A DNA stretch of 64,000 bases from an uncultured Flavobacterium sp. (GCA_947631175.1 CANRKI010000001.1:167-64166), one strand, 5' to 3'; shown: positions 37,640 through 49,408, counted from the first letter of the stretch. Numbers and translations: made by a program. The notes: generated by a model from the sequence alone, not told the origin.

Positions 37640-38692
37640 TTATATTTCTAATAATTGTTTAATAACCGGATACTGTACTTGTAAGGTATATTTATTTTCG
37701 ACTGTTTTACGAGCATTCTCTCCTAGTTCAGTCATTTTTTGTTTGTTGTCTATAAAATATTGAATGTGCTTTTTCCAATCCAAAGGATTTTCGACTAAAA
37801 AACCATTGGTTCCATGTTGTACTATTTCACAATTTACACCAACCGCCGAGGCTATAACCGGAATTCCGCAAGCCATATATTGAATCAATTTATAACCACA
37901 TTTACCTTTTTCAAAATCAGAATCAAGCAGTGGCATAATCCCAACATCAATTTTACTGATAGAATCAACTTCAGTCTGTTCAGACCAAGGCAAAAACTCG
38001 GAATCAACTATGGTATAAGTAAGCTTACCGCCAATGGTTAAAATTTTAAAATTTTGCTGATAATCGGTTTCTATATATTTTAAATTTCCTTCAAAAAGTT
38101 TTATGGTTTTTGGTGTTCCTATCCAACCAATAATTATTTTATCAGTGCCAGAAAAGTTTTTTATTGGATATCTATTTAAATCAATAACCGTAGGAACAAG
38201 CACAATTTGTTTTGCTTGAGCTTGCGTTGCATAATTTGCCAAATATTGATTACCAACCATAACAACATCAGCAAATTGCATCACTTTTTTTATCTTATTT
38301 TTTAATATTTTTTGAACAAACACATTTGGATGTTGGTCGTAGTTATGAAATATTGCATCGTCATAATCTACCATATATTTAATGTTCAACATCTTAAAGA
38401 TCCATTCAAAAAAAGCAGGAAAATAAGGAAAAAGTTCTTTTTCGATTATAATTTTATCGTATTTAAAAACTGTGAATAAAAACAATAATCTTTTTAAATA
38501 TCCCAACAAAGCTATTTTTTTTGTAGATGAATTGGCGTACAAATTTTTAATATAACTTGCAGGAAATAAGTTTTGAACCGTAATTTTTACATTCGGTTCA
38601 TTTTGTAATAAATCGATATATTGATAACTTCTTAATCTACTACTTGCTCCGTTTCTGGCATATTTAGTAAAATAAACTATTTGTTTTGGCAT
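37640..38692 (-). CDS. GT4 glycosyltransferase
   Basis: DYDDAI, IGWIG, DVGIMPL...GKCGYKLIQYMACGIPVIAS. Confidence 0.85.
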   Translation of the reverse strand: MPKQIVYFTKYARNGASSRLRSYQYIDLLQNEPNVKITVQNLFPASYIKNLYANSSTKKIALLGYLKRLLFLFTVFKYDKIIIEKELFPYFPAFFEWIFKMLNIKYMVDYDDAIFHNYDQHPNVFVQKILKNKIKKVMQFADVVMVGNQYLANYATQAQAKQIVLVPTVIDLNRYPIKNFSGTDKIIIGWIGTPKTIKLFEGNLKYIETDYQQNFKILTIGGKLTYTIVDSEFLPWSEQTEVDSISKIDVGIMPLLDSDFEKGKCGYKLIQYMACGIPVIASAVGVNCEIVQHGTNGFLVENPLDWKKHIQYFIDNKQKMTELGENARKTVENKYTLQVQYPVIKQLLEI

Positions 38693-39849
38693 AAAGCGTT
38701 ATGATAGGATTGCGCTGCTTTCTCGATTGAAAAATGTTGCATTGCAATTTTAGAAATGTTATTTCTGTTTAAACTACGACTTTGTTCGATAAAATCTTCT
38801 ATTTTTTTTGTAGAAATAGATTGATTGTAAGGCAGTAAAAATGGCTGAATATTTTCTATTTGTAAAATATCTCCTACTTCTGTTAAAATAGTTGGTAAAC
38901 CACACATTAAATATTCGGCATGTTTAATGGCCGCCGCCGCTTTCATACTTTTAGATTCGGTAATAATTCCTAAAGCCACATCAGCAGCAGATAAATATTG
39001 GTAAACCTGTGAATTGGGCACACTGCATTTTATCACATTTGCATCAGAAATAGCAACCTGATTAGGCGAGTTTGTTAAAATTAAAAACTTAGCCGATTGA
39101 TTTTTTTTAGCATAATTTTTAAACAAATTATACATGGTATCGAGCTCATATTTTGCGCCTAGACTTCCACAGTAAACAAAAACCAAATCCGAATCAGAAA
39201 CTTGTAGCGTGTTTCTTATCTTTTTTCGTTCTATTTCAGAATAATAAAAATCGTTTGTATTTTTACCATTAATTACTTTATAAAAAGTAGTAATTGACTT
39301 GTTATATTTTGAGCTTAAATACGTATTTGCAAATACAGAACGCGTAATTACAACTTTAGCTTTATTAATAATTTTTTGCTCGTTAAGTTGATACAGTTTA
39401 TGTAAAAAACTATTCTGTTTAATTACTTTAGATTCTAACCGCTCCTCAATAGGCAATCCGTCGGCATCAAAAATAATTTTAGTTTGATCCAGTTTTAATA
39501 GATTAATCAACATTGCTGGCATAATACTTCGCGGCATTACCCAATCGATTTGTTGATCTTTTAAAAATTTTTGAATTTGATTTTTGAATTTAAACAGCGT
39601 TAAAAATTTACCTACAGCGGCAACAGGTTTTAAGCTTACCGGAAAATATAAATACGTGAAACCTGATTTTTCGATTAACGTTTTTCGGTTTACATACGTT
39701 TTTTCATCTATCCAACTAAACTGAATAATACAAAATTGATACTGATGTTGCTGATGTAATTCGCTAAAAATAGGCAAAAACAAAGTTTCTAAATAATTTG
39801 TTTCTGGACTATCCCAAGTAATAAAAGCTATTTTAGATCCTACTTTCAA
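38677..39849 (-). CDS. GT-B fold glycosyltransferase (GT4-like)
   Basis: FDADGL, FVYCGSLG and KHAEYLMCGLP. Confidence 0.75.
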   Translation of the reverse strand: MKVGSKIAFITWDSPETNYLETLFLPIFSELHQQHQYQFCIIQFSWIDEKTYVNRKTLIEKSGFTYLYFPVSLKPVAAVGKFLTLFKFKNQIQKFLKDQQIDWVMPRSIMPAMLINLLKLDQTKIIFDADGLPIEERLESKVIKQNSFLHKLYQLNEQKIINKAKVVITRSVFANTYLSSKYNKSITTFYKVINGKNTNDFYYSEIERKKIRNTLQVSDSDLVFVYCGSLGAKYELDTMYNLFKNYAKKNQSAKFLILTNSPNQVAISDANVIKCSVPNSQVYQYLSAADVALGIITESKSMKAAAAIKHAEYLMCGLPTILTEVGDILQIENIQPFLLPYNQSISTKKIEDFIEQSRSLNRNNISKIAMQHFSIEKAAQSYHNALCQNK

Positions 39850-39851
39850 GG

Positions 39852-40967
39852 TTATTTTTTTATAATTTGATGATAAAATTTAAATAAATTATCCACGTAT
39901 TGATCTTCGTGAAAATGCGTATTAACATACAAAAAGGCACGTTGTCCCATTTGTTTCATTTGTTCGGGATTCTGAATTGCATACATCATTTTATCGTGCA
40001 TTTGTTCTTGATTATGCGCTTCAACCACAAATCCAGTTTCCTTATTTACAACAGTATATTTTAAACCACCAACTTGAGTGACAATAGCGGGAATTTTGTT
40101 CATTTGAGCTTCGACAGATACCAAACCAAAAGCCTCAAATGCCGAGAATAAACAGAAAGTATGGGAAATAGCAAAAAATTGATCCACCTCTGCTTGATAC
40201 CCTGTAAAGATAACTTGATCCAGAACCTGTAATTTTTGGGCTAAATCAATATATTCTTGTTTTTGATTTCCTTCTCCTACTAAAATTAGTTTCGCATTTT
40301 TATGAACCTGAGCTACTTTAGCAAAAGTTTGGATTAAAACTTTGAATTGTTTTTGAGGTTCAGAATTCATTCGGCCAACCGAAATAAAAACAAAATCTTG
40401 TGGCGTAATGTTCCATTTTTCACGTAACAAATCACAAGCTTGCTGGCTATAAACCTTAGCCGAGCGAACTCCGTTTTGAATTAACTTTACCTTTTTAGCC
40501 GGAATTTTGACTTTGTGAAGTAAATAATGTTCGGCTGTTTTAGAAACGCCAATGCTATAATTGGCTAAAAAACCAAAAATTTTCATCAAAAAATGACCAC
40601 GCCACGAGCGATTAACTGGATCAGAGGTTTCTTCGATGATAACACAAGGTACGTTTTTAATGAAACCATTTATAGCTGCTAAAGTTACGCCTTCAAAAAC
40701 AGCACCGTGAATAATATCTGGCTTAAATTCAGAAATTATTTGCTGAACTTTTTTATGTGCAGACCAATCAAAAGGGCCAGAATAATTTTTTAATTCAATT
40801 ATTTCGATACCTTCTTCTTTAATTTGATTGGGAATATCGTTGTAAGCGTTTATACAAACAATTTTTAGTTCAAATTCCTCATGATTTAGTTTTTTAGCGA
40901 TAGATAAACGTCTACGCTCAACACCTCCAGAATTTATATCTTGTAAAATATGTAAAACTTTAATCAT
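39852..40967 (-). CDS. GT4 glycosyltransferase
   Basis: SGGVER, SVGRM...KQF and EAFGLVSVEAQ. Confidence 0.87.
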   Translation of the reverse strand: MIKVLHILQDINSGGVERRRLSIAKKLNHEEFELKIVCINAYNDIPNQIKEEGIEIIELKNYSGPFDWSAHKKVQQIISEFKPDIIHGAVFEGVTLAAINGFIKNVPCVIIEETSDPVNRSWRGHFLMKIFGFLANYSIGVSKTAEHYLLHKVKIPAKKVKLIQNGVRSAKVYSQQACDLLREKWNITPQDFVFISVGRMNSEPQKQFKVLIQTFAKVAQVHKNAKLILVGEGNQKQEYIDLAQKLQVLDQVIFTGYQAEVDQFFAISHTFCLFSAFEAFGLVSVEAQMNKIPAIVTQVGGLKYTVVNKETGFVVEAHNQEQMHDKMMYAIQNPEQMKQMGQRAFLYVNTHFHEDQYVDNLFKFYHQIIKK

Positions 40968-42412
40968 TTTTTTGATGGAATTTTAGATCGAATTGTTGCT
41001 AGTATGTACAAAAAGTTTTTGTTTTTAAACACAATGGATAAAAACAAATACAAAGCTATATAAACCGAAGCTTGCAACCCAATATTTGTCCAAGATAATT
41101 GAGAAATTCCGCTATATTCATGAATTGCATAACAAGCCAAAAACGCAATTATTGTGATTGCAATGGTAGGGGAAAAATCTTTTATTTGATCTTTTAATCG
41201 ATAATGGTGATAGTTTTGCGTAGCAATAATATTATTAAAATACGCAATAAAATCAGAAATTGTTAAAATTACAACCAACCAATATAAGTTAAAAAACAAA
41301 CCGATACATAAGGCTGCAAATCCTAACAAACGATTTAAAAATTCAATTCTTAAAAGTTTATTCGACAATCCTTTTACTTTTAAAATATTTAAATTAAAAA
41401 CTTGTAAAGGATGAATGGCTGCGCGCAAACAAAATAATTGAAAAAAAGGAACAGCAAAAAGCCACTTTTCTCCCAAAACAAGTCCAAAAATAGGATAAGC
41501 AATTGCGGCTAACAATAGTAAAGCACCAAAAGTTATATAAAACGATACGTTTAAAACATTTTTATAGGCATTTGTAAGTTCGGTTTGATCTTTAATTTTA
41601 CTAAAAACGGGATAAAAAACCTTAGACAAAACTCCAACAAAAACATAACTTGGATACATGCTTAAAGTTCGTGCGCGTTCAAAATATCCGAGTTCTTTAA
41701 CGCTATAACTTTTTCCGATTACAATGTTAGATAGATTTCTGAAAATAGCATTTACAATACTAGAAAGCATAATTTTAAAACCAAAATCGAAATGTTTTTT
41801 TAAAATAACATACGAGAAAAATAATTTTACCTCTTTGTTTTTAATCCAAAAAATAACCGCTGTAATAATTTGGGTAATTAGTTGCATGTAAACAATACTC
41901 CAAACTCCATAATCTTTGCTAGCTAGCCAAACTGCTACAAGTGAGCCAATACATAAACCTGGAATATTAATTAGCATTATTTTTCGGAATTTTAATTCCT
42001 TACTTAACAAAGTTAATTGTACGGTTGAAAAGGCGTTAATTATAAAAATAAGTCCATATACTTTTAAAATAGGCTCTAAAACAGGCATGTCATAATATGC
42101 CGAAAAATAAGGTGCTATAAAAAATAGAATAGCATAAATAATAAAACTTATAACAACGTTTGTGACGAAAATGGTGCTATAATCTTTAGTATCGGAATTT
42201 TCACAACGAATTAAAGAGGAAGATAAGCCACCATCAACCAATTCTTGAGCAATAGCGGTAAAAAAATAAATAAGTCCCATCATTCCAAAATCTTCTGGTG
42301 ATAGGATTCGTGCTAAAATAATAGAGACAATAATGCTTATGCCTTTAGAGCTAAACTGATCTAAAAAGGCCCATAAAAGTCCGTTAATTACTGTTGATTT
42401 GTTGGCTGTCAT
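40964..42412 (-). CDS. wzx: Wzx-type polysaccharide flippase
   Basis: LARILSPEDFG, GFKIMLSS, ELGYFERA and about 12-14 TMs. Confidence 0.88.
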   Translation of the reverse strand: MTANKSTVINGLLWAFLDQFSSKGISIIVSIILARILSPEDFGMMGLIYFFTAIAQELVDGGLSSSLIRCENSDTKDYSTIFVTNVVISFIIYAILFFIAPYFSAYYDMPVLEPILKVYGLIFIINAFSTVQLTLLSKELKFRKIMLINIPGLCIGSLVAVWLASKDYGVWSIVYMQLITQIITAVIFWIKNKEVKLFFSYVILKKHFDFGFKIMLSSIVNAIFRNLSNIVIGKSYSVKELGYFERARTLSMYPSYVFVGVLSKVFYPVFSKIKDQTELTNAYKNVLNVSFYITFGALLLLAAIAYPIFGLVLGEKWLFAVPFFQLFCLRAAIHPLQVFNLNILKVKGLSNKLLRIEFLNRLLGFAALCIGLFFNLYWLVVILTISDFIAYFNNIIATQNYHHYRLKDQIKDFSPTIAITIIAFLACYAIHEYSGISQLSWTNIGLQASVYIALYLFLSIVFKNKNFLYILATIRSKIPSKK

Positions 42413-42417
42413 AAATT

Positions 42418-42464
42418 AAAAAATGCTTACCAAAAACAAAGTTCTGATAAGCATTGCAAATATA
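42418..42464 (-). promoter_or_regulatory. -7 element (TATATTTG, 42457-64) followed by hairpin + U6, upstream of wzx
   Basis: The minus strand reads TATATTTG-C-AATGCTTATCA-gaactttgtttt-TGGTAAGCATT-TTTT-AATTT-ATG. Confidence 0.55.
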
Positions 42465-42477
42465 ATTTAAATAAGTA

Positions 42478-43758
42478 TTAAAGTCTACCATCAATCACGT
42501 CTAACGGTAAAATTCCTTTCACATCGTATAAAACGCTAATACTTTTTTGTAATTTATCTAAATCTAAAGCTTTAAATTCTTTGTGAGCTACACCTAAAAC
42601 CACAGCATCAAAGGTATCATTTGGTAATTCTTGTGTAGATTCAATTTGATATTCGTGAGCTACTTCGGCAGGTTTTGCCCAAGGGTCGTAAACAACCACT
42701 TCGATTCCGTAATCTTTTAAAGCAGAAACAACATCAACGATTTTAGTATTTCGAACATCCGGACAGTTTTCTTTAAAAGTAACCCCTAACATTAAAATTT
42801 TAGAACCACTAATACTAATTCCTTTTTTAATCATTGCTTTTACAACTTGCGAAGCAACATATTCCCCCATCGAGTCATTTAAACGGCGTCCTGCTAAGAT
42901 AATTTCTGGATGGTATCCTTTTTCTTGAGCTTTTTGAGCCAAATAATACGGATCTACTCCAATGCAATGCCCGCCAACTAAACCGGGTTTAAAAGGTAAA
43001 AAGTTCCATTTAGTTCCAGCTGCTTCTAAAACCGCATGGGTATCAATATTTAAAAGATTGAATATTTTTGATAATTCGTTAACGAAAGCAATGTTAATAT
43101 CACGTTGCGAATTTTCGATAACTTTAGCTGCCTCTGCAACCTTAATTGTTGGTGCTAAATGCGTACCTGCAATGATAACTGATTTGTATAAATCATCAAC
43201 CACTTTTCCAATTTCGGGAGTTGAACCAGAAGTTACTTTTAAAATTTTTTCTACTGTATGTTCTTTATCTCCTGGATTGATGCGTTCTGGTGAATATCCT
43301 GCAAAGAAATCTTGATTGAATTTTAATCCAGAAACTCTTTCTACAACAGGAATACACTCTTCTTCAGTAACACCAGGGTAAACAGTAGATTCATAAATTA
43401 TTATATCTCCTTTAGATAAAACTTTAGCAACTGTTTCGCTAGATTTATATAATGGAGTTAAATCTGGGCGGTTGTGTTTATCAACCGGAGTTGGAACAGT
43501 AACAATATAAACGTTACAATCCTTGATATCCTCTAAGTCATTAGAATTAAATAATCCTATTTGATCGGAATTTACGGTTTTTAATACTGCTTTCAAATCG
43601 TTATCAGAAACTTCTAAAGTAAAATCTTTACCTTGATTTAATTCAGAAATTCTTTTTTGATTGATATCAAAACCTACAACTGGATACTTAGTTGCAAAAA
43701 GTCTTGCTAGAGGTAAACCTACGTAGCCTAATCCAATTACTGCAATTTTTGTTTTCAT
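42478..43758 (-). CDS. UDP-N-acetylhexosamine C6 dehydrogenase (TviB/WbpO-like)
   Basis: [35 protein letters not shown] and GGHCIGVDP. Confidence 0.9.
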   Translation of the reverse strand: MKTKIAVIGLGYVGLPLARLFATKYPVVGFDINQKRISELNQGKDFTLEVSDNDLKAVLKTVNSDQIGLFNSNDLEDIKDCNVYIVTVPTPVDKHNRPDLTPLYKSSETVAKVLSKGDIIIYESTVYPGVTEEECIPVVERVSGLKFNQDFFAGYSPERINPGDKEHTVEKILKVTSGSTPEIGKVVDDLYKSVIIAGTHLAPTIKVAEAAKVIENSQRDINIAFVNELSKIFNLLNIDTHAVLEAAGTKWNFLPFKPGLVGGHCIGVDPYYLAQKAQEKGYHPEIILAGRRLNDSMGEYVASQVVKAMIKKGISISGSKILMLGVTFKENCPDVRNTKIVDVVSALKDYGIEVVVYDPWAKPAEVAHEYQIESTQELPNDTFDAVVLGVAHKEFKALDLDKLQKSISVLYDVKGILPLDVIDGRL

Positions 43759-43763
43759 TTTTA

Positions 43764-45155
43764 TTATTTTCCGATTCCTTGGTATTTAAAACCAATTTTA
43801 GTTAATTCTTTTTCATTTAAAATATTACGACCATCAAAAACAAAAGCTGGCTTTAACATATTATCGTAAATTTTTTGCCAATCGTATGCTTTAAATTCGT
43901 CCCATTCTGTTAAAACAGCAATAGCATGCGCATCTTTACAGCATTCATACGGATCAGAATATACATGAGTTAATCGCGTATTATCGTTTTCTGTTCGTGA
44001 ATTTAAATAATTTAAATCCGTCAAAATTTGCTGCTGATTTACTTTAGGATCGTAAACAGAAACCACTGCTTGTTCGTTTAATAAATAGTCGGCTACATAA
44101 ATAGCAGCAGATTCGCGCGTATCATTTGTATCCTTTTTAAATGCCCAACCTAAAAAAGCTATTTTTTTACCAGAAACTGTGTTGTATAAAGTTTTTATGA
44201 TATTATTTGCAAAACGACGCTTTTGGTGATCGTTCATAATAATTACTTGTTCCCAATAATCGGCAACTTCTTGCAAACCATATGAGCGTGCTATGTAAAC
44301 TAAATTTAAAATATCTTTTTGAAAACACGAGCCTCCAAAACCGATAGATGCTTTAAGAAATTTAGAACCAATGCGCGTATCCGTTCCAATGGCTTTAGCG
44401 ACCTCATCAATGTCAGCTTCAGTTTTTTCACAAATTTCAGACATTGCATTTATAGAAGAAACACGTTGAGCTAAAAAGGCATTTGCTGTTAATTTAGAAA
44501 GTTCGGATGACCAAACATTAGTTGTTAAAATTCGCTCCGCAGGAACCCAATTACTGTAGATATCTACTAAAATTTTGATTGCTGCCAAGCCTTCTTCTGT
44601 AGCTGTATTTCCACCAATTAAAACACGATCTGGATTTAATAAATCGCTAACTGCAGTTCCTTCGGCTAAAAATTCAGGATTAGATAAAATTTGGAATTTC
44701 ACTCCATTTCCTGTATTTTCTAAAATATCCCGAATTGCAGAGGCAGTACGAACAGGAAGAGTAGATTTTTCGACAATAATTTTATCTGATTTAGCTACTT
44801 GAGCAATTTGTCTGGCACACAGCTCAATGTATTTTAAATCAGCCGCCATTCCTTTACCAATTCCGTAAGTTTTAGTAGGTGTATTAACGGATATAAAAAT
44901 CATATCAGCTTGATCAATTGCTTGTTCAACATTGGTACTGAAAAATAAATTTCGACCACGAGCTTCTTCAACAATCTCTGCTAAACCAGGTTCATACACT
45001 GGTAATTTATTTAAATCTGCATCGTTCCATGCGTCAATACGCTGTTGGTTTAAATCAACAACGGTGATATTGATATGAGGAGCATTTTTAGCAATTACTG
45101 CCATTGTTGGTCCGCCAACATATCCTGCTCCAATACAACAAATATTTTTAATCAT
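43764..45155 (-). CDS. ugd: UDP-glucose 6-dehydrogenase
   Basis: [37 protein letters not shown] and [10 protein letters not shown]. Confidence 0.93.
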   Translation of the reverse strand: MIKNICCIGAGYVGGPTMAVIAKNAPHINITVVDLNQQRIDAWNDADLNKLPVYEPGLAEIVEEARGRNLFFSTNVEQAIDQADMIFISVNTPTKTYGIGKGMAADLKYIELCARQIAQVAKSDKIIVEKSTLPVRTASAIRDILENTGNGVKFQILSNPEFLAEGTAVSDLLNPDRVLIGGNTATEEGLAAIKILVDIYSNWVPAERILTTNVWSSELSKLTANAFLAQRVSSINAMSEICEKTEADIDEVAKAIGTDTRIGSKFLKASIGFGGSCFQKDILNLVYIARSYGLQEVADYWEQVIIMNDHQKRRFANNIIKTLYNTVSGKKIAFLGWAFKKDTNDTRESAAIYVADYLLNEQAVVSVYDPKVNQQQILTDLNYLNSRTENDNTRLTHVYSDPYECCKDAHAIAVLTEWDEFKAYDWQKIYDNMLKPAFVFDGRNILNEKELTKIGFKYQGIGK

Positions 45156-45156
45156 C

Positions 45157-46128
45157 TTATTTAAGATTATTCCAATACCATGAAACGGCTTGCTTTAAAC
45201 CTTCTTTCATAGAGAATTTTGGGGTGTAGTTTAATAGTTTTTTAGCTTTATCAATACTTGCTAATGAGTGCGGAATATCGCCTTGTCTGTTTGGTCCATG
45301 AATAACTTGTACATTAGCAATTTTAGGATCAAATTCGGCTAAATATTCTTTTAAACAATTTATCAATTCGTTTAAGGTTGTACGTTCACCAAAAGCAGTA
45401 TTGTAAACTGTATTTATTGCTTGTGAAGAAGTTGTAGTTAGTGCCAACTCATTCATTTGTATTACGTTATCAATATAGGTAAAGTCTCGTGAGAAATTAC
45501 CATCTCCATTAATAACAGGACTTTCGTATTGTGTTAATTGCTGTACAAATTTTGGAATAACTGCTGCATACGCACCATTAGGATTTTGTTTACGTCCAAA
45601 AACATTAAAGTAACGAAGTCCGATACATTCTATTCCGTATGTTTTTGAAAAAACATCAGCATATAATTCATTTACATATTTAGTCACCGCATAAGGAGAT
45701 AGTGGTTTTCCTATTACTTCTTCGACTTTTGGTAAAGAAGTAGAATCTCCGTAAGTTGATGAACTAGCCGCGTAAACAAAACGTTTTATATTAGCCTCCT
45801 TGGCAGCGGTAAGCATATTGATAAATCCACTAACATTTACTTCGTTGGTTTGTATTGGATCGTTTATAGATCTAGGAACAGAACCTAAAGCGGCTTGATG
45901 TAGTACAAAATCGGCTTTTTGTGCTGCTTGTAAACAAGTTTGAAAGTCACGAATATCTCCTTCGATCAATTCAAAATTTGGGTGAGTTGCAAAAGGTTCG
46001 ATGTTGTGCTTAAATCCTGTTGAGAAATTATCTAAACATATAACTTTATACTCTTTATTTAAAAAATGTTCACACAAATTAGAGCCAATAAAACCGGCAC
46101 CACCTGTTATTAATATTGTTTGTTTCAA
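45157..46128 (-). CDS. NAD-dependent UDP-HexNAc(A) 4-epimerase (WbpP/TviC-like)
   Basis: [26 protein letters not shown] and RYFNVFG...YAAVIP. Confidence 0.9.
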   Translation of the reverse strand: MKQTILITGGAGFIGSNLCEHFLNKEYKVICLDNFSTGFKHNIEPFATHPNFELIEGDIRDFQTCLQAAQKADFVLHQAALGSVPRSINDPIQTNEVNVSGFINMLTAAKEANIKRFVYAASSSTYGDSTSLPKVEEVIGKPLSPYAVTKYVNELYADVFSKTYGIECIGLRYFNVFGRKQNPNGAYAAVIPKFVQQLTQYESPVINGDGNFSRDFTYIDNVIQMNELALTTTSSQAINTVYNTAFGERTTLNELINCLKEYLAEFDPKIANVQVIHGPNRQGDIPHSLASIDKAKKLLNYTPKFSMKEGLKQAVSWYWNNLK

Positions 46129-46135
46129 AACTTAC

Positions 46136-48580
46136 TTATGATTTAATTTTATTTTTTAGTCTACTTATAATTGATTTTTTAGAATCATTTTCGACATACC
46201 CATCGCCATAATTACCATAACCGTAACCGTAGCCATAACCGTAGCCATAACTATTTCTGTTATCATATCCATTTAAAAGAATAGATGCATTAGATATTTC
46301 TCCTCGCTTTACTTTTTCATTAATAATAGCAAGCATATTCTTTTTTGTATAACCTTGACGTGTAACATAAATAGTAGCATCAGAATATTGAACTAATTCT
46401 AAAGCATCAGATACAAGTCCAATTGGTGGTGTATCTAAAATAATATAATCGTATCTTTCTTTTAATTCATTTATCAATTCGCCCATTTTATCACTTAAGA
46501 TAAGCTCTGATGGATTAGGAGGAATTGGTCCTGAGATAATAATGTCTAGGTTTTCGATTGGCGAGTTTTCGATTATTTCATCAACATTTTTTTGATCAAT
46601 TAAATAGTTTACAACTCCGTTTGTGTTTTTTAAATTAAAATCTCCAAAAATTTTAGGTTTACGTAAATCAAGTCCTACAATCACGGTTTTTTTACCGCTT
46701 AAAGCAAAAACAGTTGCTAAATTTATAGAACAGAATGTTTTTCCTTCACCACTTACCGAAGAGGTTATCATTAAGGCTTTTGCATTATCGCCTCCTTTAC
46801 GAGTATACATGAATTGTAAAGAGGAACGGATAGATCGGAAAGACTCAGCTAAAGGAGATTTTGATTTTTCAAATACAGACAAGTTAGAGTCTGTATTTTT
46901 CATTCCTACGATACCAATGATAGGAACTTTTGATAAACGTTTAATATCTTCAACATTAGTAATTGTATTGTCTAATAATACTTTCACAAAAGCAATTACA
47001 AAAGGAATTAAGAATCCTAAAATAAGAGCGATAACATAGTTTACGCTTGTTTTAGGCCCAATTAATCCAGAACCGATATCTTTAGCTGAATCAATAAATT
47101 GAATATCTGAAACATTAGAGGCTTTAACAATATTTGCTTCGGCTCTTTTTTGTAAAAAGGTATCGTATATATTACGATCTAAATCGTATTTACGTGTAAT
47201 TTTTAAAAGTTCTTGCTGATCCTGTGGTAAAGATCGTACTTCGCCTTCGGCCTGTGCAATTTTTTGATTGATCAGTTGTAAATCGTAACCTATTGCTTTT
47301 TTAGCAGATTCAATATTTACTAATAAAACATCTTTATACGATTGCATCTCATTATCAAAACGCTCGTACATTTTTAAATTTTTAAGCGAATATGCAATTT
47401 CAGCTCGTTCTTTAGATAAATTAATTAATTGCGAAACGTTAGCTAAAATATTTGGATCATCAATTCCCGCAACAGTTGGAGCAGGTAATTTTGAATAGTC
47501 TGTATTGCTCTGAAGGTATTTTTCTAACGATCTATAATAAGTCAACTTACGCTGAATGATATCACGCTCTGTATCAAAAGTTGATAATTTTGCTGAGATA
47601 TTTACTCCTCCATCATTTAAATTAATTACATCTTTGCTTGCACGAAATTTATTTAACTCCTCTTCCGAGTTTTTAAGTTTCCCTTCCATTGCAAACAATG
47701 TACTATCAATAAAGCTAATCGTATTACGAGCGAACTGATTTTTTTGTCTTAATTGTCGATCTTGTAAAACATCAACTGTAGTATTTAAATAATCTGCAAT
47801 TCGAGCCTTATTAGTTCCCTGTAATCCAAGATTTATAACTGATGCAGCCTTTAAATCAGGTTGTACACTTATGTTTCTATACTTTTCGACAATTCTATCA
47901 AAATCATTGAATTTTATAAAATACTCTTTACCTACATAATCTGTAGCTGTAGGGTTTAAACTTAGCGTAAAATTTAAAAAAGGAAGTTTAACTTGATCAG
48001 AAATCTTGTAATTTTTTTCAAAATTACCTAGTGAAACATTTACATCTTTTCGACTAGAATCGTTATAATTGATTACTGAAACACTATTTTTTTCAAAATT
48101 TGCAGTAATTGTATATGTATTAGGAGAAATAAATTTGATTGAAATAGGTGTTCCGTTAATTTGCGGAGCGGCTTTGTCAATTTCTATTTGAAAAGGTACG
48201 CGACCATAAGCATCAATCAAATTGTACTTACCTTGTTCTAAATAATCGATATAATAACTAAGCTTATCAACAACAACTTCATTATGTGATCTAGATCGAA
48301 GAGTTGTCATTACAGTTTGTACCTTATCAGATACACCACCCCAGTTAAAAACTAAACTTGTTGTAGTGGTAAAGAATGAATTATTCTCGTCTTTAACAAC
48401 GATTGATGACTCTAGTGCGTAAATTTTCTCTTTTCGAATATTTACTTGATATGCAATGGTAAACGTAATGATTAAGCAAACAATAAACCACTTCCAGTAG
48501 CTTAAAATTTTTAAGAATAATCCTTTAAAATCAAAAGATGCCTGATTTTCAAAAAAATTAAAATCTTTAGTATCTAACAT
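46136..48580 (-). CDS. wzc: Wzc polysaccharide co-polymerase / BY-kinase (first copy)
   Basis: Two TMs, Walker A SSVSGEGKT, IILDTPP and a C-terminal YG-repeat Tyr cluster. Confidence 0.92.
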   Translation of the reverse strand: MLDTKDFNFFENQASFDFKGLFLKILSYWKWFIVCLIITFTIAYQVNIRKEKIYALESSIVVKDENNSFFTTTTSLVFNWGGVSDKVQTVMTTLRSRSHNEVVVDKLSYYIDYLEQGKYNLIDAYGRVPFQIEIDKAAPQINGTPISIKFISPNTYTITANFEKNSVSVINYNDSSRKDVNVSLGNFEKNYKISDQVKLPFLNFTLSLNPTATDYVGKEYFIKFNDFDRIVEKYRNISVQPDLKAASVINLGLQGTNKARIADYLNTTVDVLQDRQLRQKNQFARNTISFIDSTLFAMEGKLKNSEEELNKFRASKDVINLNDGGVNISAKLSTFDTERDIIQRKLTYYRSLEKYLQSNTDYSKLPAPTVAGIDDPNILANVSQLINLSKERAEIAYSLKNLKMYERFDNEMQSYKDVLLVNIESAKKAIGYDLQLINQKIAQAEGEVRSLPQDQQELLKITRKYDLDRNIYDTFLQKRAEANIVKASNVSDIQFIDSAKDIGSGLIGPKTSVNYVIALILGFLIPFVIAFVKVLLDNTITNVEDIKRLSKVPIIGIVGMKNTDSNLSVFEKSKSPLAESFRSIRSSLQFMYTRKGGDNAKALMITSSVSGEGKTFCSINLATVFALSGKKTVIVGLDLRKPKIFGDFNLKNTNGVVNYLIDQKNVDEIIENSPIENLDIIISGPIPPNPSELILSDKMGELINELKERYDYIILDTPPIGLVSDALELVQYSDATIYVTRQGYTKKNMLAIINEKVKRGEISNASILLNGYDNRNSYGYGYGYGYGYGNYGDGYVENDSKKSIISRLKNKIKS

Positions 48581-48586
48581 GTTTTC

Positions 48587-49408
48587 TTATAAATTTTTAA
48601 CTAATAAAAAGGTTGTAATAACTAAACTTAACGATGAAATTATAGTTGTTATGGTTTGTAAATTGTTAGTTCCAAAACCTAAAGTTTTTTGTTTTAGCGG
48701 TTTTACATATATGTAATCATTTGGTTTTAAAACATAAAATGGAGAATTCATAGCCTCAACCTCAAGTAAGTTAATTGAATGGATCTCGGTTCCGTGCGGA
48801 AATTGACGCATTACAATAACATCACGTCTATCACCAACTAGCGTGATATCACCAGAATTTGCAATAGCATCTAATATAGTTGCTTTTTCGTTGTAAATAA
48901 TATTAGTTCCCGTGCTACCCACTTCACCATTTATTGTATAACGAATACCCGCTAGTTGAACGTTTACGAAAATTTCGGTTGTTTCTTTATTAAAATATTC
49001 TTCGTATATTTTATCTTCTATTTGTTTTCGAACTTCCTCAATGGTATAGCCTAAAACAGTAATTTCACCTAGTGTTGGAATTCGAATATTTCCATGTTGA
49101 TCTACTTTATATGAATTAAAGTACAATTGTGCCTCAGAGAATTGGTTCGCATTTGTATTCGTAGTCATTGTAAATTGATCGATAAACTCTTTTACTAATT
49201 TGTTATCATTAACTGATTTAAAATCAATTTTTATTTGATCATTTACTTGAAGTTTATATTGATTATTATTTATAGGCTTAATAATAACAGATGAAGAATC
49301 TGCTGGCGCATTATTTTGAAGATATATTAAATCTTTTTTAGTTAAACATGACGTGGTTAACAGGCCAAAAATAAGACACATTGCGAATACAAAAATACTT
49401 TTATTCAT
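48587..49408 (-). CDS. wza: Wza polysaccharide export lipoprotein (first copy)
   Basis: Lipobox TTSC, YKVDQHGNIRIP, INGEV and DAIANSGDIT. Confidence 0.9.
   Translation of the reverse strand: MNKSIFVFAMCLIFGLLTTSCLTKKDLIYLQNNAPADSSSVIIKPINNNQYKLQVNDQIKIDFKSVNDNKLVKEFIDQFTMTTNTNANQFSEAQLYFNSYKVDQHGNIRIPTLGEITVLGYTIEEVRKQIEDKIYEEYFNKETTEIFVNVQLAGIRYTINGEVGSTGTNIIYNEKATILDAIANSGDITLVGDRRDVIVMRQFPHGTEIHSINLLEVEAMNSPFYVLKPNDYIYVKPLKQKTLGFGTNNLQTITTIISSLSLVITTFLLVKNL

Noticed and set aside
46200-46260. 12-bp tandem repeat CCGTAGCCATAA in wzc
   Set aside because: It encodes the normal YG tyrosine cluster.
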